A stretch of DNA of 64,000 nt from Acaryochloridaceae cyanobacterium VAR_48_metabat_390 (GTDB taxonomy: Bacteria; Cyanobacteriota; Cyanobacteriia; Thermosynechococcales; Thermosynechococcaceae), in contig JANPLU010000107.1 of NCBI GenBank assembly GCA_031422435.1, positions 1 to 64,000 of the forward strand, written 5' to 3'. Within the stretch, counting starts at the first letter, position 1. Each line of letters opens with the position of its first letter. Made by a program: the position numbers and the translations under genes. The notes beneath the pieces are model-generated. The model ran no database searches. It had not been told where the DNA came from and saw only the letters and a list, made by a program, of their open reading frames with translations. Below are positions 60,951 through 64,000 of this stretch, piece by piece.

Positions 60951-61658
60951 GTCAGAAATCTGGAGCACAGCAGCAGCAGAATCTGCCCTCAGATTTGACT
61001 TGGGGAACTCAGCGCCATTGCGGTTTAGCCAAACGCCCTGTAAACCAGCACAGACAGATCCTTCATAATCTTCTGCCCAGCTATCGCCAACATGCCAAGC
61101 TTGACCGGGGAGGTACCGATGTTTGGCGATCGCTGCCTCAAAAATCTCAGCCTCTGGTTTTGCTGCACCCACCTGGGTTGAAATAGTAACGGATTGAAAG
61201 TAGTAGCCTAGCTCTAATGCCTCAAGAACAGCATAGAGACGGCTATCGAAGTTAGAGATAAGGGCAAGCTCAATCTCAAACGTCTTAAGCTGAGCTAGCA
61301 CTTTCAGCGTCTCTGGGTACAAAATCCAGGGATCTGCCGTTTCAAAGTAGGCAAACAGGGGCTGAAAAAATGTGTCGAAGTCTGGCAGTTGCTCCAGCGC
61401 ATCTACTGTTTCAAAGCTTTGCCAAGCGACAGTTCGCCACCAGTCATACTCTAGGCGCTGTAAATCTTGTGGCGCTGCCTGGGCAAAGGCGGCGCGTGGT
61501 GCGGCTCTAAAGCTTTTAATAAAGGCCATATTAAGCTGCTGGGCATCCAAATTAAGCCCTACCTGCTGCGCAAACTGAGCATAAATTTCGCCGACAGTAC
61601 CGCGTACCCCAAATAAAGTGCCGACAGCATCAAAAAAAATAATTTTGGGGAAAGCCAT
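60912..61658 (-). CDS. HAD-IA family hydrolase
   Basis: DAVGTL, SNFD, KP, HVGDS. Confidence 0.9.
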   Translation of the reverse strand: MAFPKIIFFDAVGTLFGVRGTVGEIYAQFAQQVGLNLDAQQLNMAFIKSFRAAPRAAFAQAAPQDLQRLEYDWWRTVAWQSFETVDALEQLPDFDTFFQPLFAYFETADPWILYPETLKVLAQLKTFEIELALISNFDSRLYAVLEALELGYYFQSVTISTQVGAAKPEAEIFEAAIAKHRYLPGQAWHVGDSWAEDYEGSVCAGLQGVWLNRNGAEFPKSNLRADSAAAVLQISDLMALKTILQAQN

Positions 61659-61819
61659 GAGGTACCACGAAAAAGATAATAGAACATCGACTGTAAGATA
61701 GGAAGTTATTGTCAGTCTGAATACAGTTTTAGGTTGTACTTCTTAACGCTACATTAAATAACAATTGCTGAAGCAGGAGATCGCTGTTTCTGAAAACACT
61801 TCGTACCTAATTTATAAAC

Positions 61820-62026
61820 ATGCCATTATGCCCCGCCTGCAGACAGCCTCTGCACCGAACGCAGCGTAAGCCCTTTGAGAGATCGCTAAGCTACATCATT
61901 CCCGTGATGCGCTATCAGTGCTTTAATTCTGCTTGCCGCTGGCGGGGTCTTCGCTTCAACCTAAAAGCGCATCCTTTACTGGCCTCAAGAGATAGGGCGA
62001 AAAATTCAGATCGCCCCTCTACCTAG
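61820..62026 (+). CDS. Small basic zinc-ribbon-like protein
   Basis: CPAC...YQCFNSAC. Confidence 0.55.
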   Translation: MPLCPACRQPLHRTQRKPFERSLSYIIPVMRYQCFNSACRWRGLRFNLKAHPLLASRDRAKNSDRPST

Positions 62027-62133
62027 GATGGTGTCTAAGCGTATGGAAGGGCGGGTTTAGCGGATACTACATTGGAAAACCTTAGATTTATCGGCGAGGC
62101 TCACTCCTACAAAGCCAGAGTGTTGTTTTATTC

Positions 62134-63105
62134 TTAGTCCGAGTCTAGTAAGGCTTTTGCGGCTGCAATACTTTGGCGAATGACAGCCGCAGAGCTGTGA
62201 AGTGCAATCTGCTCCGCTTCGAGCAAGTCTAGCTCTAAGACTTGACCGACTCCGCTGCGCCTCAGACAGGCTGGAACGCCAATAAAAATATCGGAAAGAC
62301 CATATTCACCGTTTAAGTACACCGCAGCGGGCAAAATGCGGGCGCGGTCGTAGAGAATAGACTCCACCATGGCACAGGCCGAAGACGCGGGGGCAAAGTA
62401 GGCGCTGCCTGCCTGCATTAGGCTCACAATTTCGGCTCCGCCATTGCGGGTACGCTCTACCAATCGTTCGATGGTAAGTCCATCCATTAGTTCGGTGATG
62501 GGGATGCCGCTGACGGTAGAGTAGCGGGGCAGCGGCACCATCAGGTCGCCGTGGCCGCCCAGTACCATCGCGTTTACGTCCATAATCGAAACGTTTAGCT
62601 CTAGGGCAATAAACGTGCCAAACCGAGCAGCATCCAGCACCCCTGCCATACCTAGAACTTGATGGGGCGGAATGTCGGCGGCTTCCCAGGCTAGGTAGGT
62701 CATGACATCTAGCGGGTTTGTGACCATGAGAATGATGGCGTTAGGCGATTGGGCGATCGCCTGTTTCACCACATTCACGACGATATTGGCGTTGGTTTTG
62801 AGCAGGTCATCTCGGCTCATGCCAGGTTTACGGGCAATGCCAGCGGTGATGACAATCAGGTCAGAGTTTTGGGTGTGGGCGTAGTCATCGGTGCCAATGA
62901 TGGTGCGATCGTGGCGCTCAACGCCACGGGCTTCCATAAGATCTAGCGCCAATCCCTTGGGGCGACCAGGCTGGATATCGAGCAACACAACATCAGCTAA
63001 GTTTTTTTCGACTAGGCGCTGACCCAGTGTGCTGCCTACGTTGCCCGCACCAATAATGGAAACGCGAGCAGACTGTGAACAGTGAGAAACGGCTGCGGTC
63101 ATCAT
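62134..63105 (-). CDS. mdh: Malate dehydrogenase (LDH-like)
   Basis: GAGNVG, ARKPGMSRDDL, TNPLD, GGHGD. Confidence 0.93.
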   Translation of the reverse strand: MMTAAVSHCSQSARVSIIGAGNVGSTLGQRLVEKNLADVVLLDIQPGRPKGLALDLMEARGVERHDRTIIGTDDYAHTQNSDLIVITAGIARKPGMSRDDLLKTNANIVVNVVKQAIAQSPNAIILMVTNPLDVMTYLAWEAADIPPHQVLGMAGVLDAARFGTFIALELNVSIMDVNAMVLGGHGDLMVPLPRYSTVSGIPITELMDGLTIERLVERTRNGGAEIVSLMQAGSAYFAPASSACAMVESILYDRARILPAAVYLNGEYGLSDIFIGVPACLRRSGVGQVLELDLLEAEQIALHSSAAVIRQSIAAAKALLDSD

Positions 63106-63160
63106 TGCAATCACCCCAGAACAATGGATTGAATAAACGCAGGGACTGAGATACCTAGCG

Positions 63161-63373
63161 CTATTTCGCAGCCTCAAGCTGCTCTACCGCCAACCAAACG
63201 GTGGAGGTGGGAACCAAAAATTTAATTTGGGCATAGTTACCGCTCAGCTCCACCACTTCTCCAGTGCCGTCAAAAACGTAGGGCGGAAGACGGCGATCGC
63301 TGGCCTGAGCCTCAATGCTGTTCTCAAACTTTTCGCGCAGGAGGCGAACTAAATCACCTTTTTTGATTGCCAT
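63161..63373 (-). CDS. ndhO: NDH-1 subunit O
   Basis: KKGDLVR...[16 protein letters not shown]. Confidence 0.9.
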   Translation of the reverse strand: MAIKKGDLVRLLREKFENSIEAQASDRRLPPYVFDGTGEVVELSGNYAQIKFLVPTSTVWLAVEQLEAAK

Positions 63374-63490
63374 AGAGTTTGTTCGGTATTAGGCTGTTTT
63401 CTGTCTCTATTGTACTGCTACTCGCTCTGCTGCCCTCACAATCTAAGCATTTCGCCTTAGGTCATGGCCTTGTGATGCTTAATCCCTAGG

Positions 63491-63985
63491 CTAGGCCATG
63501 CCTGTCCGCGCCGCAATCACAATTCGGGCACAGGCTTCAGCGTCAGAGAGTGCCTGGTGATGCACGAGGGGAATGTTGAGGTAGTCGCAAACATGGGGCA
63601 GTTTGGTGGGGTGAAGCTTCCAGGTTTGACGGGCAAGCTGCACGGTGCATAAAAACGGGTGAGATGGTCTGTCAATGCCGTAAGCATCGCAGCAGGCATA
63701 CAACACGCCTTTGTCAAAGGACGCATTATGGGCGGCGATCGCCTCAGCCCCTTCAAAAAGCGTCTGCATTTTAGGCCACAGTTCCCCAAAGGTGGGTTCT
63801 GTGGCAACGTCTTGCCAGCAGATGCCGTGGATATCGGTAAATTCAAATTCTGGCTGTACAGGCCGAATGAGGTAGTGCGCCTTCTGGACAATCTGATCAT
63901 TCTCAACGCGAATGATGCCAATGGAGCAGGCGCTCGTCCGGCTTCGGTTGGCAGTCTCAAAATCAATAGCAACGAAGGTTTTCAA
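63491..63985 (-). CDS. DEDDh 3'-5' exonuclease (DnaQ-like)
   Basis: AIDFETAN, AHNASFD, HHQALSDA. Confidence 0.9.
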   Translation of the reverse strand: MKTFVAIDFETANRSRTSACSIGIIRVENDQIVQKAHYLIRPVQPEFEFTDIHGICWQDVATEPTFGELWPKMQTLFEGAEAIAAHNASFDKGVLYACCDAYGIDRPSHPFLCTVQLARQTWKLHPTKLPHVCDYLNIPLVHHQALSDAEACARIVIAARTGMA

Positions 63986-64000
63986 AGGGCTTTAGGCAGA

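Noticed and set aside
11300..64000. Frequent GCGATCGC repeats as a novel element
   Set aside because: This is the well-known cyanobacterial HIP1 octamer.

Overview
Cyanobacterial chromosome segment (prk, chlI, ycf3, ndhO; many HIP1 GCGATCGC octamers). Positions 1-11.2 kb are accessory DNA. They begin with the right end of an IS1-family element, then the right part of an integrated element with small ORFs, a non-coding array of dif/Xer-like dyad sites, an operator-rich divergent promoter and a DUF6888/DUF6887-like pair. That element ends at a displaced 3' fragment of tRNA-Thr(CGT) (att site, about 3327-3373). A defence island follows: a type IB-like restriction-modification locus with frameshifted hsdM, an MNT-HEPN toxin-antitoxin pair between hsdM and hsdS, a UPF0175 gene with a truncated PIN-like partner, and an Rpn-family nuclease with a likely internal antitoxin start. 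From 11.3 kb to the end are mostly core genes (leuD, proteobacterial-type gltA, ldhA, COG0523, a partner-switching trio, cdsA, ppk2, scpA, coaBC, pyrR, prk, sds, lepB, chlI, rimO-DEAD helicase, rlmD, sphRS, ycf3, gatC, mdh, ndhO), several signalling genes, a small glycosyltransferase cluster and one MITE. All family calls come from motif recognition by eye, not database searches.
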